14,626 nucleotides of DNA from an uncultured archaeon (GTDB lineage Archaea > Asgardarchaeota > Lokiarchaeia > Sigyniarchaeales > SOKP01): positions 1-14,626 of the forward strand of contig CAYLZE010000120.1 of the NCBI GenBank assembly GCA_964388035.1, read 5' to 3'. The notes under the pieces were generated by a model. It was not told where the DNA came from. It was given only the letters and a program-made list of their open reading frames with translations, and did not search any database. The position numbers were made by a program, and so were the translations under genes. Positions 1 through 8,432 of the stretch are shown piece by piece; within the stretch, counting starts at the first letter, position 1, and every line of letters begins with the position of its first letter.

Positions 1-28
1 ATTATTAAATACGACTATAACGTTCATT

Positions 29-46
29 AAAAAAAAGAGAGAAGAC
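29..46 (-). terminator. Archaeal-type oligo-T terminator after the GH57 gene
   Basis: Minus strand reads GTCTTCTCTCTTTTTTTT (T8 = A8 at 29-36), starting a few nt after the stop codon at 49-51. Confidence 0.45.
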
Positions 47-48
47 TT

Positions 49-2232
49 TTATTTCACGACAAAATTAAGTTGAATTTCAAAGTCCTTACTCAAGAAGAAC
101 ATGGGAACCACGCATATCCCTTGATAAATATCCTTGTATCCATCTTCCGTATAAGCTCGTGCTATAATTGGATACTTGCCAATCCGGATATCTTCATTAT
201 TCGACGAGATCATGATTTTAAATTCTAAATCATAAGTATTGTCATGAGCCGTGAAGTCAGATCCCTTATATTCGAGAAGATCTAATAGATTTTCATGACT
301 ATTTGATTCCGATGAAGAAATTAAGTCCGTACTCTCCCAACTGAACTCCTCCGTATCTCCATTAAAAAAGAAGGGAAGATCAACTGCTATTTTTACTTGT
401 TCACATAACTTAGAGATTTCCTCATTATTTGACCCCTTTTTGCCAAACGTTCCTTTTATTGCTACTAAGATGCGATTCTCCTCAATTAATATTTTCTTAA
501 CGATTTCGCAGGGAATTTTAACGCCATCATGTGGTAGCTGAACATTTCCTTCCCTTTTTAACTTTAATATTGCAGCTTTTACTTCCTTTTCATTTTTAGT
601 AATTTGAAAAGGTCCATTAACAAAATCGCCCAATTCTTGGTAAGTGCTCGTATTCAAATCAAAAATGGAGTTTCCTTGTTCAAAGAATCGAATTCTCAAC
701 ATGTTTTTCCTATACTGATCAATTATAATTTCGTTATTTTGAATCTTTTCCTCATCGTGATATGCTTCTAACCAGCGGGTTAATGTATTCAGCAAATTAT
801 AAGATTTAGGCTTATAATCTAATTCAAAAAGAGTGCCCCCGTCTTGAGGATCGAAATAAGCATTAATATTCGTTGATTCTATTAGCAATTCCATCTTGCT
901 ATTTTTGGTGAAGTCCTTGGGCAATATAGTAATATAATAATCTCCAACAGGATATAATTTACCATTTATCTCATCAATGATCTTTTCTGCATTGATTAAA
1001 TGGGTATAATTGGCAAATCTTAGAAATTGAAGATACACGCCGCCAAAAAGGCCATGCCAATAGGCATCATTGCACTGGGCTTTATAAATTTCCTCCCACG
1101 CTGCTTTCAAGCTTTCTTGAATATCTGCGGATGTACTTTTATCTATTCTTTTCGCTAATACTTTTTCGATCTCAATCAACTTTTCTCTCACATGCATCAT
1201 TTTCTTATGCATGTTATTTGATTCCGGATATTTCACCAGAAAATACCGCCAAAATCCTCCATGAAGAAACTGTATTATTTCATCACTTGGATTCTCATTA
1301 CGGTACTTTTCGGTTAATTTTTCAAATTTTCGTCGCATGGGGGTGGGAAGAGCCCATTCTTCCATCTTATCATAACTTGCCGTAGGTAGATAAATTAGTT
1401 CCTTTGCAGGATAATTCTGCATGTATTCCGATAATGTAATTGATTTAAGCCAATCATTTTCTACTATTTTAGAAAATAGCGTGGGAATGAAGGGCTTTCT
1501 TCCATCTCCGTCAACGTGACCGCTCCCGTCGACATAACAGATTTCATGAGTGGAGCCCCACACGCCCATTTTTTCTGCATCTGAAAGCATGATTGCAATT
1601 CTATTACCCTCTTCATCGACCAACTCCTTAAGATAATTCATAGTATTGAAAGAAGGCTTCCATGGAATGAGATATCTAATTTGTTCATTTATTGGAAAAA
1701 TTCTAATTGCATTTCCTTGATCTTCCGTGTTGTAAGTATAAAGGGTATCTACCTCCGTGAGACCGCAAGATCTAAAGTGATTATCATCTACAATGACATA
1801 TTTTAATCCCGCTTCATTAAGAAAAGAGGGATAGTGAGGTTCCCAGACTCTTTCCGATAACCACGCCCCTTTTACTTCTAATTGAAACTGTTTTTTAATC
1901 AAATGAGCCAATTTTTCCATTTGGGCTATTTTATCCCGATCGGGAATTATTGCATAAATGGGTTCATAAAAACCCCCACCAATGATTTCAATTTGATTTC
2001 TCTTGGACATCACGCGCAATTTTTCTATGAGGTCTGGCTTTTTATCCAAAAACCATTGTAAGATGTTGCCAGAAAAATGCAAGGTAAATTTTAATTTCGG
2101 AAAATTAAACATGTTAGTTATTAAGGGAAGGTAAGCTTTTTGATAGCAATCTTCGATTACATGATCGAAATTATCGATGGGTTGATGGAAATGAAAAACG
2201 ATTCCAATGAATATTGTTTTTTCTTTCACCAT
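49..2232 (-). CDS. GH57 family alpha-amylase / 4-alpha-glucanotransferase (GH57 catalytic domain plus DUF1925/DUF1926-type C-terminal domains)
   Basis: 727 aa. GH57 conserved regions: HFHQP, EIIGGGFYEPI, WLSERVW (nucleophile Glu), SDAEKMG (acid/base Asp), SYDKMEEW, FLVKYPESNNMHKKM and AQCNDAYWHGLFGGVY, as in the Thermococcus 4-alpha-glucanotransferase / Dictyoglomus AmyA subgroup. Confidence 0.93.
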   Translation of the reverse strand: MVKEKTIFIGIVFHFHQPIDNFDHVIEDCYQKAYLPLITNMFNFPKLKFTLHFSGNILQWFLDKKPDLIEKLRVMSKRNQIEIIGGGFYEPIYAIIPDRDKIAQMEKLAHLIKKQFQLEVKGAWLSERVWEPHYPSFLNEAGLKYVIVDDNHFRSCGLTEVDTLYTYNTEDQGNAIRIFPINEQIRYLIPWKPSFNTMNYLKELVDEEGNRIAIMLSDAEKMGVWGSTHEICYVDGSGHVDGDGRKPFIPTLFSKIVENDWLKSITLSEYMQNYPAKELIYLPTASYDKMEEWALPTPMRRKFEKLTEKYRNENPSDEIIQFLHGGFWRYFLVKYPESNNMHKKMMHVREKLIEIEKVLAKRIDKSTSADIQESLKAAWEEIYKAQCNDAYWHGLFGGVYLQFLRFANYTHLINAEKIIDEINGKLYPVGDYYITILPKDFTKNSKMELLIESTNINAYFDPQDGGTLFELDYKPKSYNLLNTLTRWLEAYHDEEKIQNNEIIIDQYRKNMLRIRFFEQGNSIFDLNTSTYQELGDFVNGPFQITKNEKEVKAAILKLKREGNVQLPHDGVKIPCEIVKKILIEENRILVAIKGTFGKKGSNNEEISKLCEQVKIAVDLPFFFNGDTEEFSWESTDLISSSESNSHENLLDLLEYKGSDFTAHDNTYDLEFKIMISSNNEDIRIGKYPIIARAYTEDGYKDIYQGICVVPMFFLSKDFEIQLNFVVK

Positions 2233-2628
2233 GGTGCAAAGAACTCTCGTTTAATAGAATATCTATACTTAAAATAGGTAAGCATGGCACTATTATAAAG
2301 ATTTGTTAAATAATTTAGAACTTAATTATTAGATTTATAAAAAATGAGAGAAAAAAGAGTTAGTGAAAGGATTTTGGGTAAAAATTTTCTCTAAATTCTC
2401 TTTTATCACCATTTCTATTGCCTTCTTTCTCCCTCCCATTAAATAATTTATAATCCTTGATTATAGCCATTTTCCATAAATTTATTCATATTTTTTAAAA
2501 TAATAGATAAAACATTTTAACATGTCTGTATTAATTATTTTACTCCATTTTAATCTAGGATGAAAATTATATTTGAAAATGTACATTGTTATTTAATATA
2601 ATATAAAAAAAATTGATAGGAAATAAAC

Positions 2629-4356
2629 ATGTCCGCTTCTTATATTGATAAAAACTTGATACAAGAGATCTTCAATTCCAACGAATTTAAGGGATGGATC
2701 TTGTCAAAACGTTGGTTTAGCGACAAAACCCAATTATCTAACCTCGATTTTAAAATAAAAATTGAGTATTTTCAACTTCTTGAAGAAGTGATTTTACTAA
2801 TCAATATTGAAATCACGAAACCGGGATATTCAAAATTCTATTTTCTACCCTTAATTTCTTATGAAAAAAAAGTACAAGAAGTTCTTGAACCCGAGGAGCA
2901 ATCAACGGAAAATATCATCAAGCTCACCAGTAATACCTTCAGTAAAAAAGTTGCCATGACGATGGAAAATAAACAAGAAATAATTACTCTCAATTTGGTA
3001 GAAGCAGAATTTTGCTTATTCTTTTGGCGGAAAATTCTGTTTGATAAGAACCTTTCAGAACAATTTCCTTCTTATAATTTAAATTTAGAGTTATTCCTCG
3101 AGCAATTCGAAGATCCCGTTAACATGAAAAAAGTGCAAGAACTTATCGAAGCCAGTTTGCATCCCAATAGATATACTCTTTCATTAAGCCAATTAGGAAA
3201 GGGGAATACAACGAATCTGGTATTCCGATTAGATGTGATCAATACAAAAAAGCAAGAAAAAAATCCTACTTCCTTTGTATTAAAATCATATAAGGAATAT
3301 ACAGAAAACATTGAAACGTCCACTCTCTTTATTTTAGTTAAAAATTCCTTCCCCAATGCACCCAAAATTTATGGCACCTTCAAAATTCAAAATAAGGATT
3401 CCATTGGAATACTTGAAATGGTTGAAAATGATGGAAACATCGGAGAAATCTATTGGAATGAACTAAATAGCATGATCAATGACATCTTTAAAGATATTCA
3501 TGGTAATTATTCTAAATTTGAAGATAAAACCACCATCTCAAATAACATTAAACAATATTGTGGGGAAACCCTCCGCGTTTCAAAAGAAATCGGGACTTAT
3601 ATTAGTCGCTTGCACCAAGCTCTCAAGCTTCCCGAGAATAAAGATCAACAAGATACCATCATGAGCAGTAAGGAATTTTTTGAAGAATATTCTAAAAAAT
3701 TGAGTTCCCAAATTACAAATTTACAGAAAACCATGAAAAAGGAATCAAAACGATCCTATTATAATTTACCTAAAATTATTTCTATCCTCATCGATACGCA
3801 AGATCTAGTGGAAAAATTTATCACGGAGTATACTTCTGAAGAGGTTCACGTTCAAAAAATTCATCAAGATCTTCACATGGAACAAGTCCTTTATAAAAAA
3901 GAAAATGGGGATTATATATTTTTCTTTACCGACTTCGAAGGAGACCCACAACTAGATATCCAAGGAAAGAAAGGAAAGTTTCCCGTGGAAAAGGATTTAG
4001 CTTCGTTCCTCAGAGCCTTAAGTTATATCAAATTTAATACCCTTCTACTTTATATTGAGAAAAAGTTAATAAAAAAAGGAGAATACGAGGTTCCTGAAGA
4101 AATCCTTTATAGAATGTTCTTTCGAAGATCTGCAAGACCTTCGAATCAGATTGTTGAAATCGTTTTAAGGGTTCTTAATGCTTGGGAAGATAAAATGATG
4201 GGGAAGATTTTAAAGAATTTAAACGTGAATATCACCTTGATTAGCTTCTTTTCCATAGAGCGGGTCCTTCATGAAATAAATTATGAAATTCTCTATCGGC
4301 CAAATAAGTCCATTGTTCCCATTCTGGGATTAAAAGAAATTTTAGATAAAAATTAA
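2629..4356 (+). CDS. Maltokinase-like protein (Mak/Pep2; aminoglycoside phosphotransferase-like kinase fold)
   Basis: 575 aa. N-terminal cap motif WILSKRWFSDK; catalytic loop KIHQDLHMEQVL (cf. RIHGDLHLGQVL); TDFEGDP (cf. IDFEGEP); KDLASFLRALSY (cf. RDVAGMLRSFDY); C-terminal EINYEILYRP. Divergent from an alpha-glucan enzyme. Confidence 0.8.
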   Translation: MSASYIDKNLIQEIFNSNEFKGWILSKRWFSDKTQLSNLDFKIKIEYFQLLEEVILLINIEITKPGYSKFYFLPLISYEKKVQEVLEPEEQSTENIIKLTSNTFSKKVAMTMENKQEIITLNLVEAEFCLFFWRKILFDKNLSEQFPSYNLNLELFLEQFEDPVNMKKVQELIEASLHPNRYTLSLSQLGKGNTTNLVFRLDVINTKKQEKNPTSFVLKSYKEYTENIETSTLFILVKNSFPNAPKIYGTFKIQNKDSIGILEMVENDGNIGEIYWNELNSMINDIFKDIHGNYSKFEDKTTISNNIKQYCGETLRVSKEIGTYISRLHQALKLPENKDQQDTIMSSKEFFEEYSKKLSSQITNLQKTMKKESKRSYYNLPKIISILIDTQDLVEKFITEYTSEEVHVQKIHQDLHMEQVLYKKENGDYIFFFTDFEGDPQLDIQGKKGKFPVEKDLASFLRALSYIKFNTLLLYIEKKLIKKGEYEVPEEILYRMFFRRSARPSNQIVEIVLRVLNAWEDKMMGKILKNLNVNITLISFFSIERVLHEINYEILYRPNKSIVPILGLKEILDKN

Positions 4357-4440
4357 ACCCAAGCACCATTCTTATTCATTTTAACTCATGAGCTTCAAAA
4401 AGTAGTAAATCCTCTCAAAAAGTTAAAATAAAACTCATAC

Positions 4441-5904
4441 TTATTCGAATGGTTTTTTTTCTTTATTTCTCTTTAAAAATGCGGGCTTTCTAAATCTAAT
4501 ACGATGTATTTTAATTTTTTTCCCGTTAATAAGTTTGAAGATAGTAATACTTGATATAATTCCAATAGCTATGACTATTAATAATAATCCAATCATGAGA
4601 TCAAAATAAAGAGAATAAAGAATTGAAACCATGCATAATTGAAATATGGTGATTTTGGAAGCAATTCTAAAGAAATTAAAAGGGGTGATATGGCATTTAT
4701 TTTGTTCTGCTACATTTATAAGAATTATGGTGTCTCCAAATGGGGTCAAATTATCCCCCCAATTAATTCCATAGGTCATTCCTGAATAAATCAAGATTCT
4801 CTCTTGAACCGGATATCCAGATGTAACAATGCCAATGGCAGGAATAAACATTTTTGTCGTCGTTATATTGTCAATAAATGCACTAAAAAAAGCAGAAAAC
4901 CATAATACGATGACAAAAGTAAGATACACGCTATTTGGGGTTATCAATTGAACAAAATCGCCGATGAAGGTTATTATTCCCACATATTCTAATCCCCCTA
5001 CCATTATAAATATTCCAATTAAATATATTAATAGCTTAAAATCGATTTGTTTAAATATATGAGTGGAATCCAAGCTACTGATAATCACTAAAACTATAGC
5101 GCCAATCAATGCAATTATATCCGTGGAAAGAATTTGGGGGGGTATTATAATAAAGCAAACAATCACGGCACCTAAGGTGACGATTGATTTTATCATTAAT
5201 TTTTTATCATTAATAAAAGTCCATACGTTATAATCCCTCAAGAGATCAATTCCTTGTCGGGGAGCTTTCAGTTTATTACGATAAATTCCTATAAGAACAA
5301 TTAAAGAGAGAGCGAAAATTGCTAAACTTGTTTTGCCTATATCTAAAAAAAAATCCATGAAAGTAAGATTTAAAAAAGTAGCAATCAAAATGCTTGGGAT
5401 GGAAGAAATGAGAAATAAAGAACATCCCACTTTAATGGTTATGGCTTGAGAAATTATATAAGGAATGGGATCGATATCTAAAATTCTGCATATCGTAATC
5501 GTTAAAGGAATTAATAAAATGACCGCCAACATATCATTTATAAGAGCTGTAATGAAAAAACTTAAAGTACAAAATACTACTAATAAATATATTGGTTTGC
5601 CTCCTGTCATTTGAATTAATCTGAAGGATATGAACTGAAAAACACCGGCCTCCACACAAATTTGGATGATAATCATGATTCCAAAAATTAATATTATTGC
5701 ATGAAGATTAGTATAGTCATCACTTGGAGTTCCAATCAAAAATTCCGCGAATACCTGAAAGTCTGCGCCTTCAATGAATTTTAACACGATGAAGGCAAAA
5801 ATTCCACAGCCCAATGCTGCCATGCTGCGATCAATTTTATTGATCGCAATTAGTATGATTAATATCACAAAGGTGATTAGGAGCAGAATAACGCTTATCA
5901 GCAT
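4441..5904 (-). CDS. ArsB/NhaD/SLC13 (ion transporter superfamily), P-protein/citrate-transporter-like membrane permease
   Basis: 487 aa with about 12-13 hydrophobic segments. Motifs KIDRSMAAL, ILIFGIMII..EAGVFQFI, IDFKLLIYLIGIFIMVGGLEYVG, SAFIDNI, GDNLTPFG. Basic C-terminal tail. Confidence 0.82.
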   Translation of the reverse strand: MLISVILLLITFVILIILIAINKIDRSMAALGCGIFAFIVLKFIEGADFQVFAEFLIGTPSDDYTNLHAIILIFGIMIIIQICVEAGVFQFISFRLIQMTGGKPIYLLVVFCTLSFFITALINDMLAVILLIPLTITICRILDIDPIPYIISQAITIKVGCSLFLISSIPSILIATFLNLTFMDFFLDIGKTSLAIFALSLIVLIGIYRNKLKAPRQGIDLLRDYNVWTFINDKKLMIKSIVTLGAVIVCFIIIPPQILSTDIIALIGAIVLVIISSLDSTHIFKQIDFKLLIYLIGIFIMVGGLEYVGIITFIGDFVQLITPNSVYLTFVIVLWFSAFFSAFIDNITTTKMFIPAIGIVTSGYPVQERILIYSGMTYGINWGDNLTPFGDTIILINVAEQNKCHITPFNFFRIASKITIFQLCMVSILYSLYFDLMIGLLLIVIAIGIISSITIFKLINGKKIKIHRIRFRKPAFLKRNKEKKPFE

Positions 5905-5932
5905 GATTTACGCTAAATAATAGTATTTATTA

Positions 5933-5951
5933 ATGAATTAATCTAATTCAT
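5933..5951. promoter_or_regulatory. Palindromic operator candidate upstream of the transporter
   Basis: ATGAATTA-atc-TAATTCAT, a perfect 8-bp inverted repeat 29 bp upstream of the start codon. Matches the site at 7051-7069. Confidence 0.5.
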
Positions 5952-6234
5952 CAAAATTTAAAGAATTTTGCTCTCGTATTTTTTAAGAAAATGTATTTAA
6001 CCATTACTCCCTATCCTAATTTTTGGTTTTTAGCCATTTAAGTTATTCTTTTAAATAGTAGGTTTTTAAATCTATTTTTATTTATAAATTTGTACTTTGA
6101 TTAGGGAATGGAACTCTATAACTAAGATTTAGAAAGAAAATCAATAAGGAGGGAAAATTTATCTAAATTTTATTCCATCTAGATATTAATTTCTTGCATG
6201 AATTTTCTTAAGAACGACACAAAGAGGCAAGGAG

Positions 6235-6245
6235 AAAAAAAAAAA
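6235..6245 (-). terminator. Oligo-T terminator candidate downstream of the RHH gene
   Basis: A11 on + (T11 on -), about 130 nt past the RHH stop codon. Confidence 0.35.
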
Positions 6246-6375
6246 TGGACAATTTACTACCAAATTTCAAAAGATTAAGTCGTTCCACTTTTACTCTACT
6301 ATTTTTCTCATATCTTTAAGAAAGGGAAGATTTCTTTAAGAAGGCAGGAAAAGAATTTACTCTATTTAGAATTTT

Positions 6376-7026
6376 TCATTTCTTTTCTTTTTCCGGCAAT
6401 TTTGCAAATTCAAAGGAATAATGCGAAGCATCTCTTTGCACGGGTTGAATTATGTTTTTATATCGATTCTCCAACTTAGTGCTTTTTGATAATTCACTTT
6501 CTATAAAAGATCGATCGAAATCCCCCTCCTCACCCTTAGTAAGGAGATACCAGACAAAAGATTCCACAAATCTCTTCGGACCAAACTTATTTGAAAATAA
6601 AATATAGTTTTCCTTATCGATAAATTTAGGAAAAAATCCATATTTTTCACATAAATCAAGTTTAAATTCCATGTCATCAATTTTTCCTTGGATTCGGGAG
6701 ATATCATTTATGAACTGCCCTAATTCTCTACCCAGATCAATTTGCCTTAATTCGTCAAATTGGTCAATAAGGCTAAAAAAATAGTTCTTTTTCAGAATAA
6801 TTAGATCATTTTCATTTAAAGATTTAATAGAATTGTGGTCTATTGAAAAATACCGTACCATCTCTAGATAATCACGAATTATTGTCGATTTTGGTAATCT
6901 TTTTTCTTCACTAATGCTTGTTAGAATTTCATCCAAATTATTATCTATACGTATTGTCAAAATGGCATTATTATTATTATTCGTTTTATTACCTGAAGTC
7001 TCATTTTGTTTTTTCGAAGATACCAA
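6376..7026 (-). CDS. Ribbon-helix-helix (CopG/Arc/MetJ-like) DNA-binding protein with an uncharacterised C-terminal domain
   Basis: 216 aa. ILTIRIDNNLDEILTSISEEKRLPKSTIIRDYL has the RHH alternating beta-strand plus two helices with S-x-I-I-R. The TTG start is preceded by GGAG at 7 nt spacing. Confidence 0.65.
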   Translation of the reverse strand: MVSSKKQNETSGNKTNNNNNAILTIRIDNNLDEILTSISEEKRLPKSTIIRDYLEMVRYFSIDHNSIKSLNENDLIILKKNYFFSLIDQFDELRQIDLGRELGQFINDISRIQGKIDDMEFKLDLCEKYGFFPKFIDKENYILFSNKFGPKRFVESFVWYLLTKGEEGDFDRSFIESELSKSTKLENRYKNIIQPVQRDASHYSFEFAKLPEKEKK

Positions 7027-7050
7027 GTTTAAACTCCGATAGATTTTAAT

Positions 7051-7069
7051 ATGAATTTATTGTATTCAT
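7051..7069. promoter_or_regulatory. Palindromic operator candidate upstream of the RHH gene
   Basis: ATGAAT-ttattgt-ATTCAT, 25 bp upstream of the start codon. 15/19 identical to the 5933-5951 site. Confidence 0.5.
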
Positions 7070-7733
7070 TCAATTATATTGTAACATAAGTAATCATTTT
7101 ATTTAAATGAATGCAACCAAAAAAATTCAAAATGATTAATAGCTTAAAAACTTCTAAAATTAGTGAAATTCTTGATATTGTAGATAAAATGTAGCACTTT
7201 TTCTTAATCTGAATATTAGAATTGACGAAAAAAGAAAAAGATTTTAATAATAAATCCCATAAAAATATATTTCAATAAATTTAACGTTAAATAGCTCGGT
7301 CTTATAATAATTTTCATTCTATAATATTTCTATTGAATTATATGAAATTAAGTAATAATTTTAGTTAACTTTTCTAAAAAAACTGAGGAAGTTTCTTGGG
7401 ATATATCTAATTATGCAGATTAGTGATTCTCGAAGGATATAATATATTTTTTAATTCCAATTACCTAAATAGATAAATTCAGCTTTAAATCAAACGAGGT
7501 TTAATTAAATATCTTTTTATACTAATATTTAGTTTTTAAACCTAATTGACAAATATTTAATATAATCGAATTATTTTGCTATCATTTATATTTTTTTTAA
7601 CTAATTAGTTACATAATATGCATATAATTACAAAGAAATCATTGCTCATTATTAAAGAACATTTTAAAGGGTAAGTTTATTTATTTACTTTGTAAAAGTC
7701 GAATTAAATTGAGGAAGAAATTGTAAAAGAGTT

Positions 7734-8078
7734 ATGCAAATTTCAGATAATGATTTTTTGGAATCAGAAACTTTAGAATTAAGATTAGAAGATGAAGATA
7801 ATTTTGAATCTAAAATTATTAAGGCCGACAAGCAAATTGAATTAATTGCAAAAGCCCTTTCTAGTAAAACAAGACGCCAAATTCTCGCACAAATACAGAA
7901 TCAACCCCAAGATGTATCGAACATAGCTTCCAGGCTTAAAATGACCGAAGCAAATATATCCGCTCAAATTAAGATGCTTCAGAAAGCAGGGCTTATCGAA
8001 TGCGATTATAGTTCGGGCCAGCACGGCGTTAGAAAACTCAGTAAATTAAAATATACCCGATTACTCATTAGATTTTAA
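7734..8078 (+). CDS. ArsR/SmtB-type winged helix-turn-helix transcriptional regulator
   Basis: 114 aa. IAKALSSKTRRQIL..PQDVSNIASRLKMTEANISAQIKMLQKAGLI is a standard ArsR-type HTH; wing GQHGVRK; acidic N-terminus. Confidence 0.88.
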   Translation: MQISDNDFLESETLELRLEDEDNFESKIIKADKQIELIAKALSSKTRRQILAQIQNQPQDVSNIASRLKMTEANISAQIKMLQKAGLIECDYSSGQHGVRKLSKLKYTRLLIRF

Positions 8079-8080
8079 AA

Positions 8081-8100
8081 TATTCCCCTTACTTTTTTTT
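8081..8100 (+). terminator. Oligo-T terminator after the ArsR-type gene
   Basis: TATTCCCCTTACTTTTTTTT (T8 at 8093-8100), 15 nt after the stop. Confidence 0.45.
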
Positions 8101-8432
8101 AATTATCTTCTCTTTACCAATTCGAGAACTATTTTCGAATAAGTAGATTCAAATAGTTTTTCTTTATCACCATGAAGATATAATTAATAATTCCATCATT
8201 TTCTTGATCGTTCAGGTGAAATTAAAGTTAAAGTTCATTAATGAAAATAGCCCGTGATTGAGAGAAGAAGATATATTTAACAGAATAAACTTTTTCAAAT
8301 CAGTTAGCATCAAATAATAAGGGATATGATGCGAATTTTTAATAAAATATTAGACGCACTTTTTTAAGGTTACCTCCCGTTGTTAAGATTAGACAAATTA
8401 AATTATAAAAAATAAATAAATGGTGAAATCCC

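Noticed and set aside
1131-1385. 84-aa + ORF
   Set aside because: Antisense shadow inside the conserved GH57 gene; no recognisable motif.
3072-3664. 97-aa (-) and 61-aa (+) ORFs
   Set aside because: Nested in the maltokinase-like gene in other frames; no motifs.
6313-6342. TCTTTAAGAA direct repeat with 20-bp period
   Set aside because: Only two AT-rich 10-mers, located downstream of a gene; not distinguishable from chance.
6501-6707. 68-aa - ORF
   Set aside because: Alternate frame within the RHH gene.
6967-6981. (ATT)5 microsatellite encoding Asn5 in the RHH N-terminus
   Set aside because: Short, frame-preserving and in a low-complexity tail; expected in AT-rich DNA.
7842-8024. 60-aa - ORF
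   Set aside because: Antisense to the ArsR HTH.
4441-8078. Arsenic-resistance operon (ArsB-like + ArsR-like)
   Set aside because: The regulator has a single Cys and no CxC/CxxC metalloid site, no arsC/arsA/arsM is present, and the genes are divergent and separated by another regulator.
8406-8432. Selenocysteine readthrough of in-frame TGA 8424, with the 9247 hairpin as SECIS
   Set aside because: There is no start codon between TAA 8406 and the TGA. The hairpin's TGA is Watson-Crick paired rather than forming a tandem GA motif.
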